A stretch of DNA of 36,596 nucleotides from Myxococcales bacterium. GTDB lineage: Bacteria; Myxococcota_A; Polyangia; Polyangiales; Houyiibacteriaceae. Below the pieces are notes generated by a model. That model made no database searches. It was not told the DNA's origin and worked only from the letters and a program-made list of their open reading frames with translations. Made by a program: the position numbers and the translations under genes. How positions within the stretch are numbered: the stretch's first letter is position 1; each line of letters begins with the position of its first letter. Location of the stretch: positions 1 to 36,596 of the forward strand of contig JAACVI010000227.1 of NCBI GenBank assembly GCA_009992505.1, in the 5' to 3' direction. Shown here one piece after another: positions 35,194 to 36,596 of this stretch.

Positions 35194-36596
35194 GTGACGA
35201 ACCAACGCATCGACCGCCAAGCGTTCCAGAACCTGGCTTCGGGACACGAACTCCGCACTCAGGCCGTCGCCCTGGATCCCCGCCTCGCTGGCGCCGGTCT
35301 CGAGCGTGCCGACAGCAACGGCGACGGCGTGATTCGCGGAAGGCAAGAGCTCGACGCGCTCTTCGACCTGCTCAGCCACTCCTCGCCGCGCCGAAGTCGC
35401 ATGAGGGCTGGTGTGTCTCGCACACTGCTCCAAGGCGTCGCCGAGCAGATGAACGCGCCGCGCATGCGCGCGATGATCGAGAGGCCCGGGGCGGCGGTTC
35501 ACGAGGCCGTGCTCGCGCTCGGCATGAACGACTCGAGCGAAGCCGAGGTCGGGGCGCTGAGGCGGCAGGCCGACGTGCTCTATGTGGGTGACCTGCCCTC
35601 GCGACGGGATCAGGTGGAGACGCGCTCGGGTTTGCTCGACCTGGCGCAGCCCGCGGACGTCGGGCGCTTCGTCGAGGCGCTGCCGTTGATCCCGGCGCAG
35701 CGTCAGCAGCTGCGCGCGCTCTTGCTCCACGTCCGCTCGGGGGCGCGTCGTGAGCTCGGGGAGCTCGCGCGCATCTGGTCGCAGGCCGAGGCCGGCGGCA
35801 CGGTGCCCGCGCGCTTGATGCTGAGCGGACACGGGGATCACCGGTCCGTCTTCGGTGAGCACGGGGAGCAGATCGACGACGCCGACGTTGTGCGCCTCGC
35901 GCGCATCATGCCCATGGCGGCGGGGCAGATTCGGTCGCTGCACCTCGCCGCCTGTCAGCACGGCTACGAGCCGCGCATGGCTCCCTTCCTCGCGGCCTTT
36001 CCCAACCTCGACAGCGCCTGGGGCTACGCGGGCTTCTCGCCAGCGGGGCAGCCTGCGCAACGTCACCAGGCGATCTGGGAGCGCGCGACCCGCAGCTTGC
36101 CCGAGGGAGGTGGTCGCCTGCGTCGCTCCATGGCGCGAGGCACGCGGCGCGGAGAAGCCGTGCGCGTGTGGACGCGTGCGCGCGGCTTCGATGGGCCGCC
36201 GCTGCGCGAGCTCGCGCTCGTCCACCGAGAGATCGAGGCGCGTCGACCCCTTTACGACGACCTGCTCGCCGGGCGGGTCGAGATGAACGCCGTCCGCCAT
36301 CGCGAGCTGACGGAGCTGTACCAGGCGCTCCAGGAGATCACCGCGCACGGCGACTTCCGCGAGCAGACGGACGCGTTCCAGACGGATCACACCCGCATGC
36401 GAGGCGCGGCGCTTCGCTTGCGTTTCTATCCCAACGTCGCGTCCCACTTCACGCGGGCGCACGCGGAGGCCATCCGCCGTGGCTACGCCGACCTCGGATC
36501 CGCGCCTCCCGACTTCGCGCGATTGAGTCGGCCCGAGGCCATGCACGCCATCGAGGAACTCTCGGCACGCGTGGATCAGGCGAGCCCGGTCGCGAG
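35194..36596 (+). CDS. Hypothetical protein, partial (runs off right edge): EF-hand-like loop plus caspase/CHAT-like His-Cys motif pair
   Basis: My own translation. The frame is open from the TAA at 35185-87 to the end of the window (467 codons) and is absent from the track because it has no stop. GTG start at 35194. DSNGDGVIRGRQELDALF is an EF-hand-like loop. LMLSGHGD and, 41 residues later, LHLAACQHG form the motif pair. Composition is balanced, unlike the antisense 507-aa ORF. Confidence 0.6.
   Translation, partial: MTNQRIDRQAFQNLASGHELRTQAVALDPRLAGAGLERADSNGDGVIRGRQELDALFDLLSHSSPRRSRMRAGVSRTLLQGVAEQMNAPRMRAMIERPGAAVHEAVLALGMNDSSEAEVGALRRQADVLYVGDLPSRRDQVETRSGLLDLAQPADVGRFVEALPLIPAQRQQLRALLLHVRSGARRELGELARIWSQAEAGGTVPARLMLSGHGDHRSVFGEHGEQIDDADVVRLARIMPMAAGQIRSLHLAACQHGYEPRMAPFLAAFPNLDSAWGYAGFSPAGQPAQRHQAIWERATRSLPEGGGRLRRSMARGTRRGEAVRVWTRARGFDGPPLRELALVHREIEARRPLYDDLLAGRVEMNAVRHRELTELYQALQEITAHGDFREQTDAFQTDHTRMRGAALRLRFYPNVASHFTRAHAEAIRRGYADLGSAPPDFARLSRPEAMHAIEELSARVDQASPVA

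Noticed and set aside
35023-36546. A 507-aa minus-strand ORF, and the 143-aa plus ORF at 35855-36286.
   Set aside because: The composition is Arg-dominated. The alternative + frame from 35194 is open to the window edge, with balanced composition and recognisable motifs.

Overview
This is a GC-rich bacterial window. Codon usage and the protein types hint at a Myxococcota-like organism, but I could not verify that.

**Positions 1-14112** hold the conserved ribosomal-protein supercluster on the + strand. It runs from the tuf 3' end through the S10, spc and alpha operons, tightly packed with many ATGA/GTGA/TGATG start-stop overlaps: rpsJ, rplD, rplW, rplB, rpsS, rplV, rpsC, rplP, rpmC, rpsQ, rplN, rplX, rplE, rpsN, rpsH, rplF, rplR, rpsE, rpmD, rplO, secY, adk, infA, rpmJ, rpsM, rpsK, rpsD, rpoA, rplQ. 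The clearest anomaly here is that rplC (L3) is missing: only 46 nt separate rpsJ from rplD.

**A 15-nt tandem-repeat array** of about 14 copies follows rplQ, in the gap between convergent genes.

**The remaining ~22 kb** mixes housekeeping and accessory genes:
- acyP, translationally coupled to a large signal-peptide/helical-repeat/TM protein.
- rpmE, a DUF1385-like gene and prfA.
- An AGPS/GlcD-like plus GlcE-like FAD oxidase pair.
- An orphan 923-aa Hsp70-superfamily protein, bracketed by paired repeats in inverted orientation (28/29 nt identical).
- A small secreted protein, a Xi-class GST (YqjG-like) and a Cys-rich lipoprotein.
- Back-to-back 5'-truncated CheB and GGDEF remnants.
- A membrane desaturase with a polytopic membrane protein, and a VWA lipoprotein.
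- A candidate uncharacterised module: two tandem paralogous signal-peptide/multi-TM proteins, followed by an open frame absent from the ORF track because it runs off the right edge. That frame carries an EF-hand-like loop and a caspase/CHAT-like SGHG...AAC(Q)HG His/Cys pattern.

I recognised no rRNA, tRNA, CRISPR array, transposase or integrase. All functional calls come from motif recognition by eye, with no database search. Many long ORFs in the track are Arg/Ala/Pro-rich shadow frames typical of high-GC DNA, and I rejected them.
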